A stretch of 42,294 nucleotides of DNA from Welwitschia mirabilis (lineage: Eukaryota), in NCBI GenBank assembly GCA_051453625.1, contig JBOZIK010000001.1, positions 42,897,092-42,939,385 on the forward strand, given 5' to 3'. The translations under genes and the position numbers were made by a program. Positions 10,635 through 23,078 of the stretch are shown here, in pieces (the stretch's first letter is position 1; every line of letters starts with the position of its first letter). The notes below the pieces were generated by a model. That model was given only the letters and a program-made list of their open reading frames with translations, was not told where the DNA came from and searched no databases.

Positions 10635-11099
10635 ATTTTCTTGTCTTTTTAGATCATGTGGTGTTATTCCCTCTTTTACTTTATTTATCAAAAAGAGAGA
10701 TTTATGCTTGTTTCTGAAATATTTTAGATGCATGCTCTTGATGACTACTTTTTATTTTTTACCTAGAATCCTTGTAATGATTTGTTTCATTAATAAAAAT
10801 CAGTTATATATTTTAGCACAACCTTTACATCATTTGGTATTTCTCAGTTTATAGCATAAAATCTTATTATGCTTATTTTTGGAAAGTATTAAATTCATTG
10901 TTTCAATTGAGAATGAACCAAAATATGTGTATCTTTGAAATTTATGATTGTATCTGATCACATCTTACATTATTATTTGGTATCATTGTGTTTTCTCGAT
11001 TTGTGCATTTTCAAAACTTGTCACATTTAAAAGCTCCAAAATGTTGTCTTCTCAAAATGCCTAAATGTGTATTAAATTCTTAGATTATCATTGTTTATT

Positions 11100-11424
11100 A
11101 TTTGGTATCAAGATAGGGGAAGAATGATTATTAATGTTTGATGTCATATATTTAAGTTTTATACTTAATTGCCATTGATATCAAAGGGGACAAGAAGATT
11201 TAGTATGCTTTAAAAAGTTTTTAATTCTTGATGTCAAAGGAGGAGAAATGATAATACTAAGAAATGATAATATTTTACTCTTTGCTTGAATGTATATATG
11301 CCTTGATGAAAGGGGGAGTTTTGATTCTTAATGTGTGCTTAAAAGTATTTGATGAGTGAGCTTAAAATTGTTTAAAATTTTTTAAATTACTTAATTATTT
11401 GCCATCAATATCAAAGGGGGAGAT
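11100..11424 (+). other. Multiple-PPT tract, unit 2 (5 copies of a TGATGTCAAAGGGGGAG-like motif)
   Basis: Copies near 11103, 11176, 11229, 11304 and 11410; the terminal AAAGGGGGAGAT abuts the TG of the LTR. Inverted arms CATCAAT (11403-11409) and ATTGATG (11444-11450) flank the junction. Confidence 0.88.
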
Positions 11425-12832
11425 TGTTAGATTATATTTTCCAATTGATGTTAAACTAATTTCTTTTGTGTAGTGCAAAAATGTTATATCTTCTATGCAA
11501 ATGATATTAAGCTTTGCAGGTAAAAGAATTAAACCAAAATGCACCAGAAAATCTATGAAATTATGTTAACCTTTAGGTGGGATCAACCAAATACTAAAGA
11601 GTTCAACCATACCTAAAGCAGTTACAAAGAAATTAATTAAACCTAGAGGGATCGACCAGATTCTTATGAGGTCAACCTAACCTATAACCTAAAGAATCAC
11701 TGTCCCTAGACTGAATGGTAAGAGGTCGACCTGATTTTTATGGGGTCAACCTAATTTGAGGATCTGACAGATAGTAGTTTTAAACTGAGAGATAAGGGGT
11801 CAACTAGATCTAGGATAGGTCGACTAGACTGGGATCTACTGGATCCAAATGGGGTCTATCGGACTTAGAGATGTAAAAACCTAGGGTAACTAAAGTCTTC
11901 TCTCAAGTGACCTATGTAATTCATGGCACCATATGGGATCGATCAGATTTTTGTGGATTCAATTAGATGACATGAAAAAGAAAATTTATCTAAACATTAT
12001 GTAGTTATTTCCTAATCATTACTTATCCATTTTCTAGCTGTTTATAGCCTTGCAGGTGTAATTCATTTATAATAAATCCTAATAGCCTTCTATTATAAAT
12101 AGATAGTTAATAGATGACCTAAAGATATTTTGATACTATTCTATTTTAGCATAATCATTGTGAATCTAAAAGATTAAGTTATATTTCCATAGGCATATCA
12201 TTGTATTGCTTTACATCTGATTGAGGAGATCTATCTTTGGCAAAAAATCTTTACTTAGAATCAGATTTAAGAGCTTTATCACTGTGATTTATTGGAGAAG
12301 AGCTCCATTCATTATACTACTACAGAACATGTGATACCTAAGTAATCAAGGCATCATCATTTCATCACATCCATTGCTTCTAAAGGTTGAGACTTAGTCT
12401 ACAAAAGTCCATTATTAAGGTTGAGACTAACCTGTAAAAGTCCGTCATAAAGTTGAGACTTAGCTTAGAAAAGTCTGTTATTAATGTTAAGACTTAGCCT
12501 ATAAACTCTGCTTGTAAGGATTATAGATGAATCTAGCAAAACCTATTGAGTAACAGAGATCCCAGATCAAGCTTAGAAGAAGTTAATCATCGAGAGTAGA
12601 GTAGGGGAGTTCCTAAACCACTATAAATCTTGCATGCATCCAAATTGGTAGTTTGTTCTTTTCTATCTTTTGATTCTTTTCTTATAATTTTTTAATTTTG
12701 TATGTACATTCTTGATTCCATTATTTTTTATACGGAAATTGTGATTAGGTAATGTTAAGTTTGTTTTGAGCATAAATTTTTTAAAGAAACCTATTCACCC
12801 CCTCCTCCCCTCTAGGGTTCTCGGTCTTATCA
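11425..12832 (+). repeat. Shared LTR2 (~1408 bp)
   Basis: TGTTAG...TATCA termini; TATAAATA 12094-12101; CTATTCACCCCCTCCTCCCCTCTAG; preceded by PPT and followed by PBS. Confidence 0.93.
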
Positions 12833-12834
12833 TT

Positions 12835-12846
12835 TGGTATCAGAGC
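12835..12846 (+). other. Primer-binding site (tRNA-iMet), unit 3
   Basis: Perfect TGGTATCAGAGC. Confidence 0.92.
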
Positions 12847-12898
12847 ATAGATAAGTCTCTAAGAGATTTTTACATATCTAGACTTAAGATCCCTAAAA

Positions 12899-15058
12899 AT
12901 AAGTAATCCATTTTGAATTAATCATCCACCCTATTCGATGGTTTAAACTATACATATTGGAAAGCTAGGATGAGAATCTTTCTTATATTCCTAGATGCCA
13001 ATGTAGAGGAAGTCATATACAAAGATCATACTGTGCATATGATAACTCAAACAGATGCAAATGGCAATACTAACTTAGTCCCCAAATCCAGAGACCAATG
13101 AACTCCCATAGATAAATAAAAAGCCACCATTAGTGCTCATGCTCTTAATACTATTTTTTATGCAGTATGTGTAAAAAAATTTTAAAAAATCATGAACTAT
13201 AACCATGCAAAGGAAGCTTAGAATATTTTAGAAGTTGCTTATGAAGGAACATCAATTATTAAATAAGTAAAACCATAAATGCTTATTTCTAAATTTGAAG
13301 ATATTTATATGGATGATGAAGAAACCTTGTAGGAATTTTTTGCTAGACTTACAAATATAGTAGACTTAATCGCAAGTCTCAAAGAATGCATAGAAGAAAG
13401 CAAGGTGGTAAGGAAAGTGTTGAGATTTCTATCTAAGAGATTCGAACCGAAGGTAACAACCATTAAAGAAAGGAAAAAAATTAATGCAATGACATTGAAA
13501 GAACTTAAAGGTAATCTTTAAACCTATGAATTTAAGTTTACTAAAGATAGAAGAAAAGGTATTTCTTTGAAATGTGTGCAGGAGAATTATAGATTTAACA
13601 GGTCAGATGAAGAACTCGATGACGATGAAGTGGATCTTCTAGCTAAATGTTTCAAGAGGTTTTTCTACAAGAAAAAGAAAGGAGAATCAAATAGAAATCC
13701 AAGGGTAAGCAATCCAAAACAAAGAAAATAGCAAGAAAAGGGATAGGAAATCCAGTGTTATTCATGCAAAGGATTTGAACATATGACCAAGAAATGTCCC
13801 AATACTAGAAGAGAAAATAGAAAGCCTAAAAACACCTCATTCATGGCAACTTGGGATAANNNNNNNNNNNNNNNNNNNNNNNNNNNNNNNNNNNNNNNNN
13901 NNNNNNNNNNNNNNNNNNNNNNNNNNNNNNNNNNNNNNNNNNNNNNNNNNNNNNNNNNNTAACTTGGGATAATTAAAATGATGAATATTAGAAAATATAT
14001 TCAGACCATGGACTAGATAGAGATAGGAGATTATCTTTTATGGATCTAATACCATTACACAAAAATGTTCCCAGTACTTCAATACTCGATGATTTGAATA
14101 TGATCAATGAAGAAAAAGATGAGTTAGAAGACACATGTCAATAGTTGTATAAAGAATGTGAGAAACTCACTAATAGAATCAATGAATTGAACAAAATAGT
14201 AAAAACTATCACAAAGGAGAAGGATGAAGTGCAAGATAAATGCAATGTGCTCAAATCTGATAACATTATTTTAACTACTCAAGTAAATGATCTTTCATTT
14301 TTTGTAAGTAATTGTTTTAGTAGTTCATCTAAATTAGAATAGGTGCTTGGAATACGAAAGCCAAATGGAGACAAATTAGGTATTGGTTTTAGAGCACAAA
14401 TATCATAAAAATAGGTAAGCCAAATAAGTAGGTATGTGCCTTATCTTTTGAGCAAAGTTAGACAATTGTTGTTTTTTCTGAAAATGTGAACTTATTATCT
14501 TTTAAATATATTCCTAAGAAAAATGCATCACCTAAGTCAAATAAGACTAAGTGGTTAAAGCTAATAATATTAAAAGCTTTCTGATATAGATAAATTTTAG
14601 AGCATCATAGTTAAATAGTTGATATCTAAATAGCAATTGTTCAATGCATATAATAGAAGATAGATCAAGCTTTCAGAACTTGAAGAGCATAAATGGAGGA
14701 GAAGTCCTTTTTGGAAACAATCAAATAGTAAAAATAGAAGGTATAGGAAGTATTAAAGGAGGTATGTTATCTAACCTTAATAATGTAATTTATGTAAATG
14801 GTTTATAGCACAATTTATAAAGTATTAGTCAACTTTATAATAAAGGGCATAGAATAATCTTTAATAAATCAGAATGCATAGTTGAGAATGAGAAAACAAA
14901 TGTTGTTATTTTTAGTGTAAAACATATTGATAATACTTATAGATTAGATGTTAAAACTCTTTTTTAATGATTTATTTAAATCAATATTTTAGGAAATATT
15001 TGATAAAATTAAATGTTATTCTGTTAAATCTGTTAAAACACCTAGTTCTTGTAATCAA
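12899..15058 (+). pseudogene. gag: Unit 3 gag-protease pseudogene (start codon ATG>ATA; includes 100-N gap)
   Basis: Collinear with units 1, 2 and 4; CYSCKGFEHMTKKC knuckle near 13756-13797; second knuckle region deleted near 14450; 3' end approximate. Confidence 0.86.
13860..13959. other. Assembly gap (100 N, probably unknown size)
   Basis: AACTTGGGATAA occurs on both flanks, so the flanks overlap in unit coordinates. Confidence 0.97.
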
Positions 15059-15465
15059 TTTAACTGTCATGAAAGTGATCTGGAGGTCAGTACCTTATCC
15101 CTTGGGTGATTATAGGGTGGTCAGCCAAATTTATTATTTGGGAAACCAGATGTGATTAGTCAATAGGACTGAGAGCCTAGTTGCTCTGAAACCTACCATT
15201 ACTGCAAATCCATGTCTCAACAAATTGACCAAACTTTAAGCAGTCGATCAGACCTAATGGATTATAGTGTAGAAGTATAGTCAGTGGATCCAATTTCTTT
15301 CTCAAATCTACCCTATTTCCTTTAGTCTATAAAAGATATGGAACCCTAACTTGTTTTTATTATGCTCTAGTACCTCTTAGATCTAGTGCTTGTCTCTTAA
15401 TATCTAGAGTTCTTATTTTCAAGTCTAGTATTTTTCTTAGTTCTTCTTCTTTTAAGGGGCTTATA

Positions 15466-16506
15466 ATGGTTGCAAGTTCTTCTAAGAGAAGAGGAAATAA
15501 AGCTACTTCAAGGGAACCTTCCTAATTCTACCAAGGAATGTTTGAAGAAGATATTGACAAGTTCTTTGATAAGTTTGAGAAGAAAGTTATGTATTAAAAG
15601 TTATCTGTCGCCACATCAAAACTTAGAGAACTCAACAAACTCATCTAGCCCTTGATAGATCAAGATCTAGAGCATTTCTTAGACATTTTAGGTATTGCTT
15701 ATTCTTTTCTTACTAGAATGTTTTATTGCAATGCTTATTTTGAATATGATTCCAAGACTTTTGAAATCCTTATTTTGGGTAAGAGGTTGAGAGCTATAGA
15801 AAATATTATCTCTCTACTAATTGATCTTTCAAGGGGATACTATGAAGAGTTTTAACCTTACTAGAGATACCATGGAAGATAAGCCAATAGTTATCAGAGA
15901 GCTTTGTGATAAACTACATTCTTGGAAGCACATGTTATCTACTTTTTTATTGATTCCTAAATATCATTTCATCCATTTGATCTTTACTTATAACTTTATT
16001 TCTTTAGTTGGCTATCATGATAAGGCCTTCTACTATTGAGCATATTTGATGTATTTAGTACGTATAGAGCATTTCATTAATGGTCCTATTATAATACTAA
16101 AAAATATGTCCTTATAGCTAGAGTATCATAGAACTAGGGCTTTGTCCTACTCTATGCTTGCACTAGTATCTATCTCCATTTTTATGTTAATCTTCATCCT
16201 AAGTTGGAATCTATTCATTCTATATTACCTATTAGGTGTGTGAATTTGTCTCATATGCATACATTTTCCCTCTCTAAGAAATCCCCTTTTGAAACTTCAA
16301 AGGAAGCATCTCCACATAAGATTCTTTTATATCTAAAGCAAATTAGCTCCTACACTAGACACATCAAAAAAGCCCTCATCACAACTGGATATCACATTGC
16401 AGATACCTCAACTGAGGCTACCAGCTCTGCTCATACTGGAGGAGATAAAGAAGATTTAGAGGAAGAATCTAAAGAGGAAGAAGAAGAAGAGGAAGAATTA
16501 GATTAA
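15466..16506 (+). pseudogene. Unit 3 env-like ORF pseudogene
   Basis: ORF fragments 15652-15855 (AYSFLTRMFYCNAY), 15821-16039 and 16204-16506 (...EEESKEEEEEEEELD*). Confidence 0.78.
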
Positions 16507-17296
16507 AATTTCTTGTCTTTTCAGATTTTGTTATATTGTTCTCTCTTTTTCTTTTGTTATCAAAAAGAGAGATTTGTGCTTCTTTTTAAAATGTTTTAGA
16601 TGTATTCTTTTGATGAGAACTTTTTATTTTTCATCTAGAATCCTTGTAATGATTTGTTTCTTTAATGAAAATCAGTTATATATTTGAGCATAATCTTTGC
16701 ATCATCTAGATTCCTGAGTTTGTAGCATAAAATTTTATTGTGCCTATTTTTAGAAAGTATTAAATTCATTGTCTCAATTGAGAATGAATCAAAGTATGTA
16801 TACCTTTTAAATTTATAATTATATCTGATAACATCTTATATTATTATTTAATATCATTGTGTTTTCTTGATTTATGCATTTTCAAAACCTGTTACATTTA
16901 AAAGCTAAAAAAATGTTATCTTTTTAAAATGCCTAAATGTGTATCAAATTCTTGGAGTATCATTATTTATCATTTGGTATCAAGATAGGAGAAGAATGAT
17001 TATTGACATTTGCTATCATATATTTAAGTTTTATACTTAATTACCATTGATGTCAAATGGGAAGAGAAGATTCAATGTTCTTTCAAAATTTTTTGATTCT
17101 TGATGATAAAGGGGAAGAAATAATAGTACTTACAAATGATAGTATTTTACTCTTTTCTTGAATGTGTATATGCCTTAATAAAAGGGGGAGTTTTAATTCT
17201 TAATATGTGATTAAAAGTATTTAGTGAATGAGCTTAAAATTATTCAAATTTTTTTAAATGACTTAATTATTTTCCATCAATGTCAAAGAGGAAGAT

Positions 17297-18712
17297 TGTT
17301 AAATTATATTTACCAATTGATGTCAAACTAATTTCTCTTTTGTAGTGTAGAAATGTTATATATTGTGTGTAAATAAGATTGAGTTTTACAGGTGAAATAA
17401 TTGGACCAAAATGCATTAGAAAAACTACTAAGTTATGTTAACCTCTAGTGGGGGTTGACTAGATACTAAAGGAATCAATTGCACCTAAAGTAGTTGCAAA
17501 GAAAATAACTGAACCTAGAGGAGTTGACCAGAATCTTATGAGGTCACCCAAACATATAACCTAAAGAATCAGTGTTTCTAGACCAAATGAAAAGGGATCA
17601 ATTGGATTTTTATATGGTCCACCAGATTTAAAGACCTAACAGATAGTATTTTCAGACTAAAAGGCAAGGGGTTGATTGGATCTAGGATGGAGTCGACTGG
17701 ACTAGGGTCGATCAAATCCAAATGGAGTTGACCAAACTTGGAGATGTAAAAAACTAGAGTGACTTATGTCTTCTCTCGAGTAACTTGTGTAATTCACGGT
17801 ATCATATGGGGTTGACCGGAGTTTTGTGGGGTTAACTGGATAGCACAGAAAAGAAATTTATCAAAATGTTATGTACCAGTTTCCTAACCATTACCTATTC
17901 ATTTTATAGCCATTTATAGCTGTTGGAAGTGCAATTCATTTATAATAAACCCTAATAGCCTTTTATTATAAATAGCTAAGCAATAGATGACCTAGAAATC
18001 TTTTGGCACTATTCTATTTTGGCATAATCATTGTAAATCTGAAAGATCAAGTTGTACTTTTATTAGCATATCATTATATTACTTCACATCTGATTGAGAA
18101 GATCTATCTTTGACAAAAGCACTTCACTTAGTATTAGATCTAAGAAGTTCATCACTGTGATCTATTAGAGAAGAGCTCCATTCATTGTACTACTACCAAA
18201 CATGTGATATCTGAGTAATCAAGGCATCATCATTTTATCACATCCATTGCTTCTGGAGGTTGAGACTTATCCTACAAAAGTCTATTATTAAGATTGAGAT
18301 TTAGCCTATAAAAGTCCATCATTAATATTAAGACTTAACCTATAAAAGTCCATCATTAAGGTTAATACTTAGCTTATAAAAGTCTATTTGTAAGAGTTAT
18401 AGATGAAGCTGGCAAAACCTATGAACTAACAAAGATCTGAGATCAAGCTTAGAAGAAGGTAATCGTCAAGAATGGAGTAGGGGAATTTCCGAACCACTAT
18501 AAATCTTATGTGCATTAAAATTGGTAGTTTGTGATTTTCTGAGTTTGATTCTTTTCTTAAGTTTTCCAATTTTGTATGTACATTCTTAATTCCATTACTT
18601 TTCATATGAAAACTATGATTAGATAGTGTTAATTTTATTTTGAGCATAAGCTTTTAAAAGAATCTATTCACCCCCCCTCCCCCCTTTTCCCTCAAGGTTC
18701 TTGATCCTATCA
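17297..18712 (+). repeat. Shared LTR3 (~1416 bp)
   Basis: TGTTAA after the decayed PPT caaagaggaagat; AAACCCTAA 17947-17955; TATAAATA 17967-17974; C-rich end; TATCA followed by PBS. Confidence 0.92.
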
Positions 18713-18714
18713 TT

Positions 18715-18726
18715 TGGTATCAGAGC
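18715..18726 (+). other. Primer-binding site (tRNA-iMet), unit 4
   Basis: Perfect TGGTATCAGAGC. Confidence 0.92.
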
Positions 18727-18763
18727 ATAGGTTATTCTTTGAGTGGACTTAAGAGCCCTAAAA

Positions 18764-20853
18764 ATGAGTAACCTGACTGATGGATTTTCAACTAGTCATC
18801 CACCCATATTTGATGGCTTAAACTATGCCTATTGAAAAGNNNNNNNNNNNNNNNNNNNNNNNNNNNNNNNNNNNNNNNNNNNNNNNNNNNNNNNNNNNNN
18901 NNNNNNNNNNNNNNNNNNNNNNNNNNNNNNNNNNNNNNNNNNNNNNNNNNNNNNNNNNNNNNNNNNNNNNNNNNNNNNNNNNNNNNNNNNNNNNNNNNNN
19001 NNNNNNNNNNNNNNNNNNNNNNNNNNNNNNNNNNNNNNNNNNNNNNNNNNNNNNNNNNNNNNNNNNNNNNNNNNNNNNNNNNNNNNNNNNNNNNNNNNNN
19101 NNNNNNNNNNNNNNNNNNNNNNNCATCCACTGTTAAATAAGTAAAACTGCAAATGCTTATTTCTAGATTTGAAGATATTCATATGGATGATGAAGAAACC
19201 CTATAGGAATTTTTTTCTAGACTTACAGATATAATAAACTCAATGGCAAGCCTCATAGAATGCATGGATAAAAGCAAAGTGGTAAGGAAAGTATTGAGAT
19301 CCCTATCCAAGAGATTTAAACCAAAGGTAATAGCCATCAAAGAAAGCAAAAACATTAGTGTAATGGTGTTAGAAGGACTTCAAGGTAATATCCAAACCTA
19401 TCAGCTTAAATTTACTAAAGATAAAAGAAAAGGTATTACTTTGAAATGTATGCAAGAGGATTACAGATCTAATAAGTCAGATAAAGGACTCGATGATGAT
19501 GAAGTGGCTCTTCTAGCTAGGCATTTTAAAAGGTTTCTTTACAGAAAAAGGAAGGAGAACCAAGTAGGAATCCAAAGAAAAGCAACCCGAAACAAAAAAA
19601 AGAGTAAGAAAAGAAAAAGGAAATCTAGTGCTATTGAAGCAAAGGGTTTGAATATATGGCTAATGAATGTTCCAATACTAGAAGAGAAAATAGAAAGCCT
19701 AAAAACACCTCATTCAAGGTAACTTGGAATAATGAAGATGATGAAGATGAGAAAATCTATTTAGACCATGGATCAGATAAAGATAGGAGATTATCTTTGA
19801 TGGCTCTAGTACCATCACTTAAAAATGTGTGCAGTACTTCAATACTCGATGATTTGGATATGACCAATGAAGAGGAATATGTGCTAAAAGACACATGTCA
19901 AGAGTTGTATGAAGAATGTGAGAAACTTACTAAGAGAATCAATGAGTTAAAAAAAATACTAAAAACTATCATAAAGGAGAAGGAGGAAGTGGAAGAGAAA
20001 TGTAATTTACTCAAATCCAATAACATCATTTTAATTACTCAGATCAATTATTTATCATTTTTTGTAAGTAAGGTTTTTAGTAGTTCATCTAAATTGGAAC
20101 AGATTCTTGGAATATGAAAGCCAAATGGAGACAAATCAGGTATTGGTTTTAGATTATAAGTATGACAAAAATAGGTAAATCAAAAATGTACCTAATATTT
20201 TATGCAATTTTTTTAATAGATTTCATCATTCTAAATATTTTTGCAAAGTTAGACAGTTGATGATTTTTTCTGAAAATGGGAACTTATTGCCTTTTAAATT
20301 TATTCCTAAGAAAAATGCACCACCTAAGTTAAATAAGACTAAGTGGGTTAAAGCTAATAATCTTAAGAGATTTATGACACAAATAAATTTTAGAGAAGCA
20401 TAATTAAGTAGTTTGCATCTAGATATCAGTTGTTCAATGTATATAACAAGAGATAGATTAAGCTTTCAGAACTTGAAAAGAATAAACAGAGGAGAAGTCA
20501 TTTTTGGAAATAATCAAATAGCAAAAATAGAAGGTACAGGAAGCATCGAAGAAGGTATGTCATCTAACCTTGATAATGTAATTTATGTAAATGGTTTATA
20601 GCATAATTTATTAAGTGTTAATCAACTTTGTGATAAAGGTCATATAATAATCTTTGATAAATCAAAATGCCTAGTTGAGAATGAAAAAATAAATTTTATT
20701 ATTTTTAATGCAAAACATATTGATAATGTTTATAGATTAGATGTTAAAACTCTTTATTAATTATTTCATACAAATCAACATTTAAGAAAAGATTTTGATT
20801 AAACTAAATGTTATTCTATCAAATCTGTTAAAACCCCTTATTCTTGTAATTAA
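18764..20853 (+). pseudogene. gag: Unit 4 gag-protease pseudogene (includes 284-N gap 18840-19123)
   Basis: ORFs 19243-19722 (VVRKVLRSLSKRFKPKVIAIKE), 19656-20117 (coiled-coil-like), and 20413-20601 (LDISCSMYITRDR...VIFGNNQIAKIEGTGSI, copia protease). Confidence 0.88.
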
Positions 20854-21266
20854 TATACCTATCATAAAAGTGATCTGGAGGTTATACACTATCCGTTGGC
20901 TGATTGCAAGGCAGTTAACTAGAGCTATAATTTGGTCAAATAGATGTGATTGATCGGCTAGCTTGAGAGCCCAGTTGCCTAGACTCCTTCCAGTACTGCA
21001 GATCTACATCTCGATAGATCGATTAAAACTTTGAGTGATTGACAGGACCTGACGGATTATAGTATAGAAGTATAGTCAGTGGACCATATTTCTTTCTCAA
21101 ATCTTCCCTATTTCCTTTAGTCTATAAAAGAGATAGAATCCTAACTTATTTTTATTATGTTCTAGTTCCTTCTAGCTCTTAGATCTAGTCCTTTTCTCTC
21201 AAGATCTGGAGTTCTTATTTTCAGATTAGTATTTTTCTTAGTTATTCTTCTTCCAAGGGTCTTAGA

Positions 21267-22303
21267 ATGACTACAAGTTCTTTTAGGAGAAGAGAAAAGG
21301 AACACTTTAAGGAAACCTTGCTAATTCTATCAAAAAATGTCTGAAGAAGACATTGACAAGTTCTTTGATAAGTTTGAAAGAAATCTATATATCAAAAGTT
21401 ATCTGTAACCACATCATAACTTAGAGAACTTAAGAAAGTCATCCAGCTTTTAAGAGATCAAGATCTAGACCATTTCTTAGATGTTTCAGGTCCTACTTAT
21501 CCTTTTCTTACTATAACATTTTATTGTAATTCTTCTTTTGGACATGATTACAAGGCTTTTAAAACCGTTGTTTTGGATAATATTTGAGAGTAATAGCAAA
21601 TATTATCTCTCAGATAATAGATCTTCCAAGAAGAAACTATGAGGAGTTTTAGCCTATCACAGACACTATGGAAGACAAGCCAGCAGTTACCAGGGAACTT
21701 TATGGTAAAGTGCATTCTTGGAAGCACATGTTATTTACTTTCTTATTAACTCATAAATATCATTTCATCTATTTGATCTTTACTTATAACTTTCTTCCTT
21801 TAGTTGACCATCATGATGAGGCCTCCTACTACTAAGCATGTTTGATGTATTTAATAGGTATAGAGCATTCCATTAATGCTCCTGCTATAATACTAAAAAA
21901 TATGGCCTCATAGCTAGAGTACCACAGAACTAGTGCTTTACCCTACTCTGTGCTTGTCACCAATATTTATCACTATTTTCATGTTAATATTCATCCTAAG
22001 TTGGAATCTTTTTAGCCTATGTTATCCATTAGGCATGCAACTTTGTCTTGCATGCATATCTTTGCTCCCTCCAAGAAATCCCCTTCTAAAACTCTAAAGG
22101 AAGCATTTCCAAATGTGGCTCTTTCATATCTGAAGAGAATTGAATCCTGCACCAGACACATAAAAGAAGCCCTCATTGCAGCTGAATATGACATTATAGG
22201 CACCTCAGCTGAGGCTACTAGCTCTGCTCATACTAGATGAGATGAAGACGATTCAGAGGAAGAATCTGAAGAGGAAGAAGAAGAAGAGGAAGAATTATAT
22301 TAA
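21267..22303 (+). pseudogene. Unit 4 env-like ORF pseudogene
   Basis: Collinear with the other units; ORF 22019-22240; acidic tail. Confidence 0.76.
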
Positions 22304-23078
22304 ACTTTTTTTTCTTTTCAGATCATGTTATGTCGTTTTCTTTTTTGGCTTTCTTATCAAAAATAGAGATTTGTGCTTATTCATAAAATGTTTTAGATAT
22401 ATGCTTTTTATGAGCACTTTTTATTTTTCACCTAGAATCCTTGTAATGGTTTATTTCTTTAATGAAAATTAGTTATATGTTTGAGTATAATATTTGCATC
22501 ATTTGGTATTTCTCAATTTGTAGCATAAAATTTTATTGTGCCTATTTTTTAAAAGTATTAAACTCATTATATCAATTGAAAATGAACCAAAATATGTGTA
22601 TCTTTGAAATTTATGATTATATCTGATCACATCTTACATTTTTATTTGGTATCAGTGGGTTGTTTCGATTTGTGAATTTTCAAAGCTTATTACATTTAAA
22701 AGCTTAAAAATGTTATCTTTTCAAAATGCCTAAATGTGTATCAAATTCTTAAATTATCATTATTTATCATTTGGTATTAAGATAAGGGAAGAACAATTAT
22801 TGACATTTACTATCATATATTTAAGTTTTATACTTAATTTCCATTAATGTCAAAGGGGAAGAGAAGATTCAGTGTGCTTTCAAAAGTTTTTAATTCTTGA
22901 TGTCAAAGGAGGAGAAATGATAGTACTTAGAAATGATAGTATTTTACTCTTTACTTGAATGTGTATATGCCTTGATGAAAGGGAGAGCTTTGGTTCATAA
23001 TGTGTGCTTAAAATTATTTGGTAAATGAGCTTAAAATTATTTAAATTTTTTGAAATCACTTAATTATAAGGTAGAGAT

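Noticed and set aside
10564-10854. Lys-rich plus hydrophobic ORFs (also 22242-22472, 2522-2746, 15470-15655)
   Set aside because: Alternative frames of the env-like ORF's GAA-rich tail or start, running into T-rich UTR; not independent genes.
18426-18647. Minus-strand ORFs in LTRs and env-like region (also 22012-22203, 23359-23547)
   Set aside because: Not kept open in the other LTR/unit copies; chance ORFs.
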